64,000 nt of DNA from Thermoplasmata archaeon (GTDB taxonomy: Archaea; Thermoplasmatota; Thermoplasmata; RBG-16-68-12; JAJISG01). Both the position numbers and the translations under genes were made by a program. Of the stretch, positions 16,539 to 26,172 are shown in pieces. The stretch's first letter is position 1; every line of letters starts with the position of its first letter. The notes beneath the pieces were generated by a model. It was not told the DNA's origin and ran no database searches. It was given only the letters and a program-made list of their open reading frames with translations. Where the stretch lies: positions 992 to 64,991 of the forward strand of contig JBHIBO010000006.1 of the NCBI GenBank assembly GCA_046759185.1, written 5' to 3'.

Positions 16539-17333
16539 TCACCCCTTCCCCCATACCAACCAGGACGGTCGAAGGTCCGGCGGAAGGGCCCTCACGATTA
16601 GGTAGGCAGGCACGATGTTGATTACACCCTGCACCGCGTTGAAGATTCCGATGGGCAACAGGAGGTCGAGGACCAAGGCCTCCGGCAGCCCGCGAAAGAT
16701 TGGCAGGAACACATAGTTAAAGGGAGTCATCGCGGCGACCCTCGCGGCGATCGCAACCGAGGCCGCGAGCGCAAGGACCGCCCAGGTCCCATGGCCGCGC
16801 TTCGCAAGGGTACCACGAAACGCCGCCAGCGTGAGGGCGAGCGGAACCGCTGTGGAGAGTTCGGCGGCGGTCTTGAAAGCGGCCCCGATTGGGTTCCCGC
16901 GGGCGGCGACGGTGAAACCCGCGATGCTCGTGGCGACGATGGCCCCAGCTGGTCCGTAGAGGATGGCCGCGATGACGATGGGAATCCCCACGGGATCGAA
17001 GGAGATGACAGGGAGCAGAGGGAAGGCAACGTCAAGGTTGAGAAGCTCAAGAACGGAAGCGGCTGCGGAAAGCGCGGCGATCCCAGCAATCTCCTTTGGG
17101 GTTGCAGGCCAGGCCGCAGCCTGGCCCCAACGATTGGGTTGTCCTCGGGCCGGGTCTGGACCTCCTCCCGTGCCACGCCCATGGGGAGAAGTGATAAATA
17201 CGTTCTCGGAGAGCGACCCGTGTGCGTGGAGCAGCAATGCCAGCAGCGGGGGCACTGGCCTTGACCAGTGGGGCTGTGGGAATCGCTGCAGCCCTCCTCT
17301 CCCTTCTCCCTGCCAGCGGCACGGACATGCCAA
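16539..17333 (-). CDS. Polytopic membrane protein directly upstream of ecfA'AT, a candidate ECF S component; the start is uncertain
   Basis: The C-terminal ~185 aa (from KEIAGIAALS...) are five to six hydrophobic helices. The N-terminal ~80 aa of the track ORF are low-complexity and probably not translated, but no canonical start codon lies at the expected position. Confidence 0.4.
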   Translation of the reverse strand: MACPCRWQGEGRGGLQRFPQPHWSRPVPPLLALLLHAHGSLSENVFITSPHGRGTGGGPDPARGQPNRWGQAAAWPATPKEIAGIAALSAAASVLELLNLDVAFPLLPVISFDPVGIPIVIAAILYGPAGAIVATSIAGFTVAARGNPIGAAFKTAAELSTAVPLALTLAAFRGTLAKRGHGTWAVLALAASVAIAARVAAMTPFNYVFLPIFRGLPEALVLDLLLPIGIFNAVQGVINIVPAYLIVRALPPDLRPSWLVWGKG

Positions 17334-17632
17334 TGCCCCCCGTGATGCCGGCTGGGGCCTTGCCGGGCGTACTTCTCCTGGTCTTCAGCGGCATCATCCT
17401 CGTCAACGGGATCCTTCTCATCGTGGGCACGAGGATTCGGCCCCGTCGGCAGGGAGGACTCATGCTGGTCTACGGCGCCGTCATGATTCTCGTCGGCGTG
17501 CTCATGGCCGCGACCTCAGTGTTTGCCATGCAGATGGCCATTGTTTCAGCCCTAGCCATGTCTGGACTGGGGGGCCTGATGGTCGTATCCGGCATCGTCA
17601 TGTTGGCAGGTAGACCGATGGCCGGAGCATGA
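17222..17632 (+). CDS. Hypothetical small membrane protein
   Basis: 136 aa with three or four hydrophobic helices. It partly overlaps the 5' region of the opposite-strand ORF. Weak. Confidence 0.25.
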   Translation: MRGAAMPAAGALALTSGAVGIAAALLSLLPASGTDMPMPPVMPAGALPGVLLLVFSGIILVNGILLIVGTRIRPRRQGGLMLVYGAVMILVGVLMAATSVFAMQMAIVSALAMSGLGGLMVVSGIVMLAGRPMAGA

Positions 17633-17656
17633 CCGCGAGCTGATCCGAGGAGGATC

Positions 17657-18415
17657 CTACCGAAATAGGTCTTCCCCGTCGGGTCGGATGGCTTCTCGGA
17701 TGGATCCCTCTTCGACGCGGAACTCCACCCCCCGGACGATGGCGACGGGAACCTTGTCGAGTTTCCCTTTGGCGAGATCTGCCGCAGCGGCCACTTCATC
17801 AGCCAGCGCCACGACAGTGCTCCGAAGCTCGTACCCGTGGGGGTCGCGAAGCCCGCGGTAGTCTCGCAGCGGGGAGAGTCCTGCCACCCCGATGGCCACG
17901 TCCGTGGAGCCCTGTCGCCAAGGCCGTCCGAAGCTGTCGCTCACGATGACTCCCATGCGTGCCGCAAAGGCTTTCTGCAGGTGGTTGCGCAGGCCCCGAG
18001 CCGAAGCATCCGGGTCCGCAGGTAATGCCGTGTAGACTTCCCCTCTGCCGACGTTCGACTGGTCAATTCCGGCATTAGCGCACACGAAGCCGTTACGCGT
18101 TTCCACAATGAGGATTCCCCGCTCCGGCTCCATGCGAACGACACGGCGGGCCTCCCGAAGGACAAGTTCCACTTGTTCCGGGGTCCTCTGGTTCTCCGCG
18201 GCGAACAGGCGGGCGAGGGGCCTAGCCGAGAGGTCCGCCGCCTGAAACACACGGCCTTCCGCCTTGGAGACGATCTTCTGGCTGACAACCACGATGTCCC
18301 CGTCGCGAAGATCCAGGCCTGACTTCCGAACTCCCTCCTCAATCATGGCCGGAAGATTGTCGCCTATTCTGACCTCCGGAAGGTTCTCGACGCCTAACAA
18401 CTCCACCCGTCTCAC
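17657..18415 (-). CDS. cofE: Coenzyme F420:L-glutamate ligase (CofE)
   Basis: 252 aa. DGDIVVVSQKIVSKAEGR ... ANAGIDQSN ... DSFGRPWRQG are the conserved CofE/FbiB-N motifs. Confidence 0.8.
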   Translation of the reverse strand: MRRVELLGVENLPEVRIGDNLPAMIEEGVRKSGLDLRDGDIVVVSQKIVSKAEGRVFQAADLSARPLARLFAAENQRTPEQVELVLREARRVVRMEPERGILIVETRNGFVCANAGIDQSNVGRGEVYTALPADPDASARGLRNHLQKAFAARMGVIVSDSFGRPWRQGSTDVAIGVAGLSPLRDYRGLRDPHGYELRSTVVALADEVAAAADLAKGKLDKVPVAIVRGVEFRVEEGSIREAIRPDGEDLFR

Positions 18416-19107
18416 GTTCCCTCCCCCTCGAGAGTCCTCAGTCTGGGTCCCAGGTCCCAGTCCTTGAGCAACGCTTTCGCCTGGGACGGGCGGGCAGCCC
18501 TGTACACGAGGAGAAGATCCCGGGGCTCCGCGAGTCGCATCCCCGCGGGGATGCCGTAGACCTCAGGACTCAAACCACGCTCCAGTCCCCCTTGACGCCA
18601 GGACAAGACGTCTCCGGCCTCGAAATCGCCCTGCAGCTCCTCCACCGGCCTCGCAAACACGAGGCTCAACCCCAATCTGCCCGAGGTGGGGACGAGAACC
18701 AAGCCCCGTCCCCCCGCCAGTCGGCCGGACAGAAAGGCGAGATCTTGCGCCTCGAGCAACGCCAAATCGCCGCGCAGCAGGAGGATAGCCTCGCTGCCCT
18801 CATGGAGGCAAGTTTCCCTGACCAGTTGGGTCGTGGTACCTGTCCTTCCCCCGGGCTCAAGAGGACGAATACCTTCCTCCCGACCGAGGGCCATGACGTC
18901 GGGGTCCTGCGAGAGAAGGACGACATCCTCCAACACCCGCGATTCCTGAACGGCCTGCAGCACATCGCGAAGGACAGCTTTCGCCAGTCGACGACGCCGA
19001 CGCTTCGAGAGGAGATTCGCCAGCCCGTCTAGTGAAGAGCCAGGGCGATTCACTGCCACGACGGCCCTCGCCTTCCCACGCATGGCTTCGCCCATCTCCG
19101 AGGACAC
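18412..19107 (-). CDS. cofC: 2-phospho-L-lactate guanylyltransferase (CofC)
   Basis: 231 aa. MobA-like NTP-transferase fold (AVVAVNRPGSSLDGLANLL). It overlaps cofE by 4 nt. Confidence 0.7.
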   Translation of the reverse strand: MSSEMGEAMRGKARAVVAVNRPGSSLDGLANLLSKRRRRRLAKAVLRDVLQAVQESRVLEDVVLLSQDPDVMALGREEGIRPLEPGGRTGTTTQLVRETCLHEGSEAILLLRGDLALLEAQDLAFLSGRLAGGRGLVLVPTSGRLGLSLVFARPVEELQGDFEAGDVLSWRQGGLERGLSPEVYGIPAGMRLAEPRDLLLVYRAARPSQAKALLKDWDLGPRLRTLEGEGT

Positions 19108-19175
19108 ACCCGGTTGCCGGTTATCAAGGATGTGGGATGCGAAGCGGGCGTTTCACCCTCCTCCCCCCACCTTCT

Positions 19176-19183
19176 TTAATTAG
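19176..19183 (+). promoter_or_regulatory. AT-rich palindromic TATA-like element (TTTAATTA) in the cofC/thyX divergent intergenic region
   Basis: The only AT-rich element between the two divergent genes. It could serve either or both directions. Confidence 0.3.
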
Positions 19184-19240
19184 CGGTTGGGGTTCCTCCA
19201 GCGTCGCGTGAGGGCCACATCGCGTGGGAGGAACCTAAAG

Positions 19241-19960
19241 GTGAAAGTCCGACAAATCGTCGCCACGGCCGACGCGGAGCGCCTCGTCTGTCGCGCTGCC
19301 CGCGGGGACTACATGAGACAGGCCCCCTGGAACGAGACGTTTGAGGAGGTCATGCGCCCCATCAAGGGAGCGGACATCGACGAGAAGATCGAAAACTTCC
19401 TGGCGCAGCTCATCAGCGCGGGCCACTGGGGGCCCTTCGAACACCCCACCATAACTTTCGGTGTGGAGGGCATGAGTCGAGTCACCCTGGCCCAATTGAC
19501 CCGGCATCGGTTAGCTAGCTTCGACATTCAGAGCGGCCGGTTCGTCAGCCTGCGCAGCCTGGAGCCCGACGACTTCGTCTGGCCCCCGAGCTACACGGAG
19601 GATGCCGTCATCTCTCGGGAGGGGGGGAGAAAGGAAATGACCCTATCTCGGGCCGAGCGGGAGGAGCTCATCACGGGCCTTTTCGCCCAGATGATTGACA
19701 CCTATGACCAGCTCGTGGACAACGGTGTCCCACGCGAGGACGCACGCTACATCTTTCCCCTGGCCACGCCGGTCAACGGGACCATGACGGTCAACGCACG
19801 GAGCCTCATGCACATCATCGCGATCCGGAGTTTTGGGGATGCGCAATGGGAGATTCGCGAGCTCGTGGGACGGATGCTGGAGATTGCCAAGGATTGGATG
19901 CCCGTGGCCTTTCGCATCTTCGAGAAGCGCATGAAGACGCGAGACGTGATCGCGCCCTAG
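19241..19960 (+). CDS. thyX: FAD-dependent thymidylate synthase (ThyX)
   Basis: GTG start (VKVRQIVATADAERLVCRAARGDY matches ThyX N-termini). The ThyX signature RHRLASFDIQSGR (RHRxxxxxxS) is present. Confidence 0.85.
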   Translation: MKVRQIVATADAERLVCRAARGDYMRQAPWNETFEEVMRPIKGADIDEKIENFLAQLISAGHWGPFEHPTITFGVEGMSRVTLAQLTRHRLASFDIQSGRFVSLRSLEPDDFVWPPSYTEDAVISREGGRKEMTLSRAEREELITGLFAQMIDTYDQLVDNGVPREDARYIFPLATPVNGTMTVNARSLMHIIAIRSFGDAQWEIRELVGRMLEIAKDWMPVAFRIFEKRMKTRDVIAP

Positions 19961-20030
19961 ACCCGCCCTGCTCATTGTTCCCGAGGTCGGCCTACCAGGC
20001 AGTGGTTCTCCAGCCCGACCGGGGGGAACC

Positions 20031-21110
20031 CTAGGTCCACCGTTGGAGCGTCTCCTGCCCTTCTTCGATCTTCTTCAGTCCGGCTACCCGGACCCCGATG
20101 AGACGGACCTTCTTCGGATAGCTCAGGAACTCCTGGAAGTGCTCCCGCGCCACCGTCTCGATGGTGCGCCTGTCGTTGGAAGGGGCCGTCAGGGTCTTGT
20201 CGCGGGTCATGGTTTCGAAGTCCTCGAACCGAATCTTGATGCTTACCGTCCGGAAGAGGTAGCCGTCATCCCGTACCCGCCAGAAGACGTCGTCCACCAG
20301 GGCCGGCAGCTTGGCGAGAATCCGGTCCCAGTCATCGAGGTTTTCCCCGAAGGTGTGCTCGGTGCTGAAGGACTTCGGTTCCCCGCGGCCTTCCACGGGC
20401 GCTTCCTCCTCCCCGCGGGCGATGGCCCAAAGCCATACACCGCCCTTCCCGAAGGCGGTCGTCAGGTCGTTGGGAGGGGTATCTGCCAACTCGCCGATCG
20501 TCTCGATGCCCATGCGTTTGAGCGCGGCCTTCGTCTTGCTGCCCACGCCGGGGATGTCCGAGACGGGCAGGGGACGCAGGAAGGATTCCACGCGCCCGGG
20601 AGGCACCACAGTGAGACCATCGGGCTTCTCCTTGTCCGAGGCAATCTTGGCGATGGACTTGTTCGGGGCGACCCCCACAGAGGCCGTTAGACCCGTTTCC
20701 TCCTTCACGGCCTTCTTGATCGCCTTGGCCAAGCTGGTCGCCCTCCGAAAGTCCTTGGCCCGATTCGTCACGTCGAGGAACGCCTCGTCGATGCTCACTT
20801 GCTCGAAGCTGCCCGCGAAGGCCTCCAACGCGCGCATGACGTCGTCGGAGATGCGGCCATAGTACGAGAAATCGGGCCGGAGGTAGACCCCCTCCGGACA
20901 CCTGCGGTACGCGGTCGTGATGGGGAGGGCGGAGTGGACCCCCTTCTCCCGGGCCTCGTAGGACGCGGCGGCCACGACGCCCCGCCCTTTCCCCCTCTTC
21001 GGGTCGGCCCCGATGATGACGGGTTTCCCCACCAAGGACGGGTCCCGCAGCCGCTCGGCCTCCACGTAGAAGGCGTCCATGTCGACGTGCATGATGACCC
21101 GGGCCATCAC
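20031..21110 (-). CDS. dinB: Y-family DNA polymerase IV (DinB/Dpo4)
   Basis: MHVDMDAFYVEAERLRDPSLVGKPVIIGADP ... SIDEAFLDVT ... DIPGVGSKT (HhH), and a little-finger domain. Confidence 0.9.
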   Translation of the reverse strand: MMARVIMHVDMDAFYVEAERLRDPSLVGKPVIIGADPKRGKGRGVVAAASYEAREKGVHSALPITTAYRRCPEGVYLRPDFSYYGRISDDVMRALEAFAGSFEQVSIDEAFLDVTNRAKDFRRATSLAKAIKKAVKEETGLTASVGVAPNKSIAKIASDKEKPDGLTVVPPGRVESFLRPLPVSDIPGVGSKTKAALKRMGIETIGELADTPPNDLTTAFGKGGVWLWAIARGEEEAPVEGRGEPKSFSTEHTFGENLDDWDRILAKLPALVDDVFWRVRDDGYLFRTVSIKIRFEDFETMTRDKTLTAPSNDRRTIETVAREHFQEFLSYPKKVRLIGVRVAGLKKIEEGQETLQRWT

Positions 21111-21150
21111 CGGAAGAATGCGAGGACGCGAATATGAAGACTCCCTTGGT

Positions 21151-21981
21151 TCAGAATTCCGCCAGCGTCTTCTGGCCCGACTGAGGAAACTCCCTTTCGA
21201 TGAGCCCCACGAGGCGATGAAACTCGTTCACGGACCCGGGCCCGAAGCCTGCGAAGTGGTTGTTGAAGAACACGTAGGCCTGGCGGACGTCCTGCATGGA
21301 GTCCCGGATGCGTTCTCCCCAGGTTCCCATCTCCGCGGTCCGATCCTTCTGAAGCTCACCCAGCCGTTTCAGGGACCGATCCCCGATCATGCGAAGGTAA
21401 ATGAGGTCCGAGGTGACGGTGGCCGGCGAATCCAGATACTGCGTGGTGGACCAGGCCTGGGCGACGTTGTGGCTCGCGAGGAGATCGTAGATCTCCTGAT
21501 CGAACCAGGAGGCGTGTCGGAACTCCAAGGCATGGGGGACGTCCGCCCGAATCAGGCCGAGGAACTCCTTCAGAGCCGGCAGGTCCTTCTCGACTTTGAA
21601 GGAAGGCGGAAACTGGACCACGAACGCGCGAAGCTTGGATCCCAACTCGTCGAAGGCAGCGTAGAACTGCTCGAGGGGCCGTTCGATCCCTCGAAGCTTG
21701 AGGTCATGGGTGATCCGCCGGGGGAACTTGGCGGTGAACGCGAAGTCCTCCGGGGTCGCGCGGCGCCAACCCGCCACCATGCCCCTGGGTGGAATCCGGT
21801 AGAAGCTGGAGTCGACCTCCACCACATCAAAGACGGAACTGTAGAGCCGAAGGAAGTCCCGAGGTGGCGTCCCCGTCGGGTAGAAGGTCCCGGCCCAGAA
21901 ATCGTAGGACCAACCGCTTGTCCCCACCAACAGGCGCTTGGCGAGGGAGTCCTTGACCGCCTTGGGCGCCTCGCTGGTCAT
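21151..21981 (-). CDS. DUF72 (UPF0759) family protein
   Basis: 276 aa. LLVGTSGWSYDFWAGTFYP ... LRAFVVQFPPSF ... ALEFRHASW are characteristic DUF72 blocks. Confidence 0.8.
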   Translation of the reverse strand: MTSEAPKAVKDSLAKRLLVGTSGWSYDFWAGTFYPTGTPPRDFLRLYSSVFDVVEVDSSFYRIPPRGMVAGWRRATPEDFAFTAKFPRRITHDLKLRGIERPLEQFYAAFDELGSKLRAFVVQFPPSFKVEKDLPALKEFLGLIRADVPHALEFRHASWFDQEIYDLLASHNVAQAWSTTQYLDSPATVTSDLIYLRMIGDRSLKRLGELQKDRTAEMGTWGERIRDSMQDVRQAYVFFNNHFAGFGPGSVNEFHRLVGLIEREFPQSGQKTLAEF

Positions 21982-22076
21982 GGTGCCGCCGTCTCCAGAC
22001 CCAGTGCGCTCGCAGGATTTCCTCTCTTAAATACGTTGACGGCCCATGGATTCCCCTAGCTCCCGAGCGTAGCAGC

Positions 22077-22409
22077 ATGTCTGAGGTTCGACTCACGGAG
22101 AAGCAGCAACACACTGCGCAACGCGTCTCTCTCATTCACGTGGAAGGGGAAATCGCCAGCCTGGTGGGTCCCTCCCTTGAGATCCGATTCCCTGCCCGGT
22201 GGGCACGGAAGCTCTTGCCGTGGTATCGAGGGACCGGACGGACCATCCTGTGCAACGCCGACGTAAGCCGGTTCAACCTCGTTGGCGCGACGAAGGTCGC
22301 GGACCACCTGATCCTGAGCTACATGGGAGCGGACGGAGAGCTGGCCGCAGAATCCGTAAAGGGCGACTTCATCAAAGCCCTCGATGGTCTCCTGCGGGCC
22401 CGTTCATAA
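22077..22409 (+). CDS. Hypothetical protein
   Basis: 110 aa. No recognised motif. Confidence 0.3.
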   Translation: MSEVRLTEKQQHTAQRVSLIHVEGEIASLVGPSLEIRFPARWARKLLPWYRGTGRTILCNADVSRFNLVGATKVADHLILSYMGADGELAAESVKGDFIKALDGLLRARS

Positions 22410-22444
22410 CCACGCGATTGGGGATGGTCGCGGCTGCATCAAGG

Positions 22445-22452
22445 TTTTATAA
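22445..22452 (+). promoter_or_regulatory. TATA box (TTTTATAA) for tRNA-Arg
   Basis: 22 nt upstream of the tRNA 5' end. Confidence 0.45.
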
Positions 22453-22473
22453 CGGCCTCCGACTCGGAATCGG

Positions 22474-22548
22474 GGACTCGTAGCCTAGCCTGGACAGGGC
22501 ACCGGCCTTCTAAGCCGGCGATCCCGGGTTCAAATCCCGGCGAGTCCA
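22474..22548 (+). tRNA. tRNA-Arg(TCT)
   Basis: Acceptor GGACTCG/CGAGTCC plus discriminator A. Anticodon stem CCGGC/GCCGG with loop CTTCTAA (anticodon TCT). T-arm CCGGG TTCAAAT CCCGG. Confidence 0.8.
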
Positions 22549-22746
22549 TCCGATAAGGCGACGCACGTTCCGCGGATGCCTACGTGTGTCTTTCATTCCT
22601 TCGGGGTTCCTAGGGGACGGGGGCCCCTGGCCTCTCACGCAAGATGGGGCGATCTGAGGGGAGGAGGCCGGCCGCCCCGGCGGCGACTCCCCCGGAGACA
22701 ATTCTCAAGAATCGCCTCCTCGCGAGGATGGAGCCATCGGCGGAAC

Positions 22747-23568
22747 TCACGACGCTCCCTCCGCCTCTTCCCACCGGAGGGCGTACTCGCAGTACGGGTC
22801 TCCATGGCCGATGCATGCCAGTCGCTTGTGGCGAACCTGAGAGCCAAGCTTCTCCGCCACCCCTTCGTGGAAGCCCGTGTCGAAGGAGTCGCAGATCATG
22901 CTGGGACGCTTCAGGGCGAGCTCCTGGAAGGGACAGGTCATCAACCGATACCGGACGAAGCCTTCTGTCTGATCCATGACGGTGGTCAGGGACCCCATCC
23001 GTGGCAGGGCGTCTTGGAGGAACACCCGCACGAACAGCTCGGGGTCCCATTCGCCGACATCGGCCTCACCTGCGACCCCGTCGATGAGCTGCTGGCCGAC
23101 CTGCTTCCCGGCCGCATAGAGCGCCCGGTCCTGCTCATCGGGGGGGAGGCTCTCTCGGATGACACCGAGCAGGACCTCGGACAGGAGACGATACTGCCGG
23201 AAGGGGATTCCCTGGGTGATTCCCGCTGGGCGCAGCCGATATCGGATGGGAGGACGCCCGACGTCACCCTCTTGATGACGCGTGAACCTCTCCACGAGCC
23301 CCTCGGCAATCAGGATGTTGAGGTGATACCGGACGCTGCCCGACCGGAGGCCGGTAGCTCTGATGAGTTCAGAAGTGTCCCGCACCCCCTGGAGCAGTTC
23401 CTTGAGAATGCGCACCCGGACATCGCTCCCTAGCGCCTGGAAAGCCTCGGCCAGGGCGGAGCTTCCCACCTCCTCTGGCTCCAAGAAGCCCCCGGTTCCT
23501 TCGGCGTCAGAGGGCATTGGAGATAAGCTCCGCCGTGGCGGGAACCAGTCCCCCGTAAGGGCGATCAC
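22747..23568 (-). CDS. Transcriptional regulator with ArsR-type winged HTH and a C-terminal V4R-like Cys-containing domain
   Basis: The HTH region is FQALGSDVRVRILKELLQGVRDTSELIRATGLRSGSVRYHLNILIAEGLV. The C-terminus carries Cys motifs (MTCPFQ ... CIGHGDPYCEY). The start may be the internal Met (MPSDAEG). Confidence 0.55.
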   Translation of the reverse strand: MIALTGDWFPPRRSLSPMPSDAEGTGGFLEPEEVGSSALAEAFQALGSDVRVRILKELLQGVRDTSELIRATGLRSGSVRYHLNILIAEGLVERFTRHQEGDVGRPPIRYRLRPAGITQGIPFRQYRLLSEVLLGVIRESLPPDEQDRALYAAGKQVGQQLIDGVAGEADVGEWDPELFVRVFLQDALPRMGSLTTVMDQTEGFVRYRLMTCPFQELALKRPSMICDSFDTGFHEGVAEKLGSQVRHKRLACIGHGDPYCEYALRWEEAEGAS

Positions 23569-23918
23569 CGAAAGGCACGACTAGCGGCAGCACAACCTCC
23601 ATCTTGAAGGTTCGCTGTTCTGCTACAAGCTCTTCTTCCATTCCTCTTCCTCATTTAGGTGGAAGCCTCGAAGGTGCGCATCCCAAACTGCCTCAGGGAG
23701 GAGTTTATTGCTCATCGGTCTCCGGCCTGCCTTACGAGCTTAATCCGGAACGTCCGTTCCCCCATAGGCTCGAACTCGGCGTGGTCCCTTTCGTCGACGT
23801 CGTAGAGATCCGTGAGGTCCTTCGGGACCGCCACCATAAGAGACCCCACCTAAAGGCCCTCCTGCTATGGGCCAAACCCTACTCGGTATGCACCCCGGCG
23901 AGTCCATCCCATCACGAA

Positions 23919-24687
23919 TTACCGTCGAATGGCCTTCCAAATCTCTTCGGAGGGCCACCGACGGGCCCACTCGTTGGTGACGAATGGGAACCGGGTGGTC
24001 GTCCCCTCATCCGGCCGCAACTCAATCAAGTCCTCGACTTCGAACCCGTTCGCCCTCAATAGGCGGATCTAAGCGCCGTACCCGAGGTGGAATTCCACCG
24101 ACTCGACGTCGTTATCGAAGCGGTACATCCCGAAGTAGTCGCGCAGGAGGCGGTCCCCCGCGGCAACCTCGTCTTCGTCGGGGACGCAAAGCATGAGGAG
24201 GGTCCCGTTGACGAGGAAGATGAGCTCCCCCTTCGGGCGAAGCACCCGGGACGCCTCCGGGATCCACCGGTGGGGATCGGACCAGATAGCGGCCCCGTAC
24301 TCGGAAATCGCGAGGTCAAAGCTCTCGTCCGGGAAGGGTAGCGCCTCCGCGATCCCGTGGATGAGCGGAAAGGCCAACCCGAAGTCGCTTTGGAACCTGC
24401 GGGCCCGCGCCAATTGGCCCGGCGAGTTGTCTACTCCTACTACGCGAGCGCCTCGACGTGCCAGCCAGGCGGAGACGTAGGCCGTCCCGCAGCCGATTTC
24501 CCAACACGTCTCGGCCTCGTACGGGAGGGAGGACCTTGAGTTCGGACTCTGGGACGCCCCAGATTCCCCACGAGGGTTCAGAGGCCCAGGCGCGACGTCC
24601 CCCCTCCTCATGCTCGGCCGCCCAGCGATCCCACGCGGTCCGGTTGCGGAGGATGTAATCGGCGGATGGTTCGGTGTTCTGGGTCAC
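23919..24687 (-). pseudogene. Class I SAM-dependent methyltransferase (Methyltransf_11-like) disrupted by a +1 frameshift and an in-frame TAG
   Basis: The N-terminal ORF (24687 down to about 24500; ...PSWGIWGVPESELKVLPPVRGRDVL) shifts frame within a GGG run and continues as EIGCGTAYVSAWLARRGARVVGVDNS... (motif I) in ORF 24069..24611. That ORF ends at a TAG (24071..24069), after which the same frame continues IRLLRANGFEVEDLIELRPDEG...WKAIRR* to 23919, a typical MTase C-terminus. The reconstructed protein is about 256 aa. Confidence 0.6.
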
Positions 24688-24781
24688 GGACGGAGGGAAG
24701 CGACGCGAGGATAAGGATTCACACCTGAGACCGAGATCCCGACGTGGAATTCGCTTCGACTTTGAGTTAGGCGCGACTGTT

Positions 24782-25903
24782 TCAATCCCGAGCGGTTCCG
24801 ATCCCGGCGAGCCCGTCCTCCACTCCGAGGAGGGTCACCTCGCTCTCGGGGCCCTTGGCGAGGTAGGCCTCGAGGTCCTCCAGGCTAGTCTGGACCTCCA
24901 TTCCCTCGCGATACAGCTTGAAGCCAAGGCGTTCGTTGATGGAGAGCATCGGGGCGTTGGAGAACGCGTTCCCCGTTCGGACGATTCGGACCTGGGGGAA
25001 CTCCTCGCGGACCCGCAGCAGCATGGCGGCCTTGATCCACTTGCCGAGTCCCCGTCCCCGGTAAGGACGCCGCACCCCCGTCATCCATTGATGAATCATC
25101 CAGTCCTGCTCCGGGTAGTAACCCATCTCCGTGAGTCCCGAGATGGTGCCGTCCTCCTCCCGGGTCACGGCCGTGAGAAGGGTCCCGCCCGCCTCGGCGA
25201 TGCCCGCCTCGTCCTGTCGCCGCCGCTCCGGTGTGAACACCTCATCCCCGAGGTCGAGGTCGTCCCGGGGCATCATGTTCCAGACCTCCGTGAACGCTCT
25301 GCACCATTCCTCCAGCTCTTTATCGTCGATGCGGTTCGTGAACCACGCGAGCTTGGAGCCGGGGGATCGCACGGGGCCCTCGGCCGCCCATTGCTCCACC
25401 ATCGTCCAGTCCACTCGCTCTAAGTCCAACCGACTCTGGCGATCATGCTGTGCATCTTGGGCGCCGACTGCCTTCCAGAAGGCCCGCCCCGACGCCTCCT
25501 CGGCGTACGACATCACGAGGGACTTGTCGTGCTCACGCGCGTAATTGGCCGCCTCTTGGAGGAGCCTCCGACCGATGCCCTGCTGGCGGTAGGAAGGCAA
25601 GAGGGAGATCCAGATCCAGAGAATGTGCTTGTTCTCCTCGTAGCTGGGCCCGTCGGGGCGAGCGAACTCGCGGGTGTGCCAGCCGATCCATTCCTCTGAT
25701 CCGTCCAGGTCGATGACGGCGAAGTCAAGCTCCTTCCAGGCGGTATCGGGCCTTCGCTCTCTCGCTTCTACCGTAGCATCCGCTAGCATGGGGTCGTCGG
25801 GATCGGTCTCCGCATGCCGCGTTCGTCGATATTCGTGGTACCGCGCCCATTCCTCTCTCGTTGCCCGCTGGGGGTCGAACGAGACGACTTTGATGCGAAC
25901 CAT
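24782..25903 (-). CDS. Tandem GNAT-family N-acetyltransferase (two acetyltransferase domains)
   Basis: The likely start is MVRIKVVSFDP. Two copies of the acetyl-CoA-binding motif (RQQGIGRRLLQEAANYAREH and RGRGLGKWIKAAMLLRVREEF). Confidence 0.75.
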   Translation of the reverse strand: MVRIKVVSFDPQRATREEWARYHEYRRTRHAETDPDDPMLADATVEARERRPDTAWKELDFAVIDLDGSEEWIGWHTREFARPDGPSYEENKHILWIWISLLPSYRQQGIGRRLLQEAANYAREHDKSLVMSYAEEASGRAFWKAVGAQDAQHDRQSRLDLERVDWTMVEQWAAEGPVRSPGSKLAWFTNRIDDKELEEWCRAFTEVWNMMPRDDLDLGDEVFTPERRRQDEAGIAEAGGTLLTAVTREEDGTISGLTEMGYYPEQDWMIHQWMTGVRRPYRGRGLGKWIKAAMLLRVREEFPQVRIVRTGNAFSNAPMLSINERLGFKLYREGMEVQTSLEDLEAYLAKGPESEVTLLGVEDGLAGIGTARD

Positions 25904-26096
25904 GTCGTTCGGGCCTCCTAGCCGTCCCCTCACGGGTAAGGGCCGCGGGACGCCTCCGGAGTCTGGGGGTTCCTGGGAAATCTTGAAAAGGCGCGACCGC
26001 CTCGTCTCCCGGGGACCGTCCCCGGAGGATACCGCGGGCTTCCCCGCAGCTGAGGACGGTCTGTCAAGCCATGCCGCGGCCTAGGCGGCCCTGTAC

Positions 26097-26104
26097 TTAT
26101 ATAC
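26097..26104 (+). promoter_or_regulatory. Strong TATA box (TTATATAC) upstream of rpl41e and tRNA-Trp
   Basis: The only AT-rich element in the 240-bp gap. No separate promoter can fit between rpl41e and the tRNA. Confidence 0.5.
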
Positions 26105-26172
26105 TTGCCTCCTTAGGGACGCCTGGTGATGCCATAAAGCGGGGCTCCCGTGCTTGGAAGAAGCGCGGGAAG

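Noticed and set aside
22576-23433. 285-aa plus-strand ORF overlapping the ArsR/V4R regulator
   Set aside because: It is a low-complexity Arg/Pro/Gly-rich translation. The minus-strand ORF has a recognisable winged-HTH.
23604-24062. 152-aa plus-strand ORF in the regulator/methyltransferase gap
   Set aside because: It has no motifs and implausible composition. Part of the region is better explained as the C-terminal fragment of the minus-strand methyltransferase pseudogene.
24069-24071. In-frame TAG in the methyltransferase as possible amber read-through or pyrrolysine
   Set aside because: TAG terminates well-supported genes in this window (glyA, srp54). No Pyl machinery or methylamine methyltransferases are present here. 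A co-occurring frameshift in the same gene points to decay instead.
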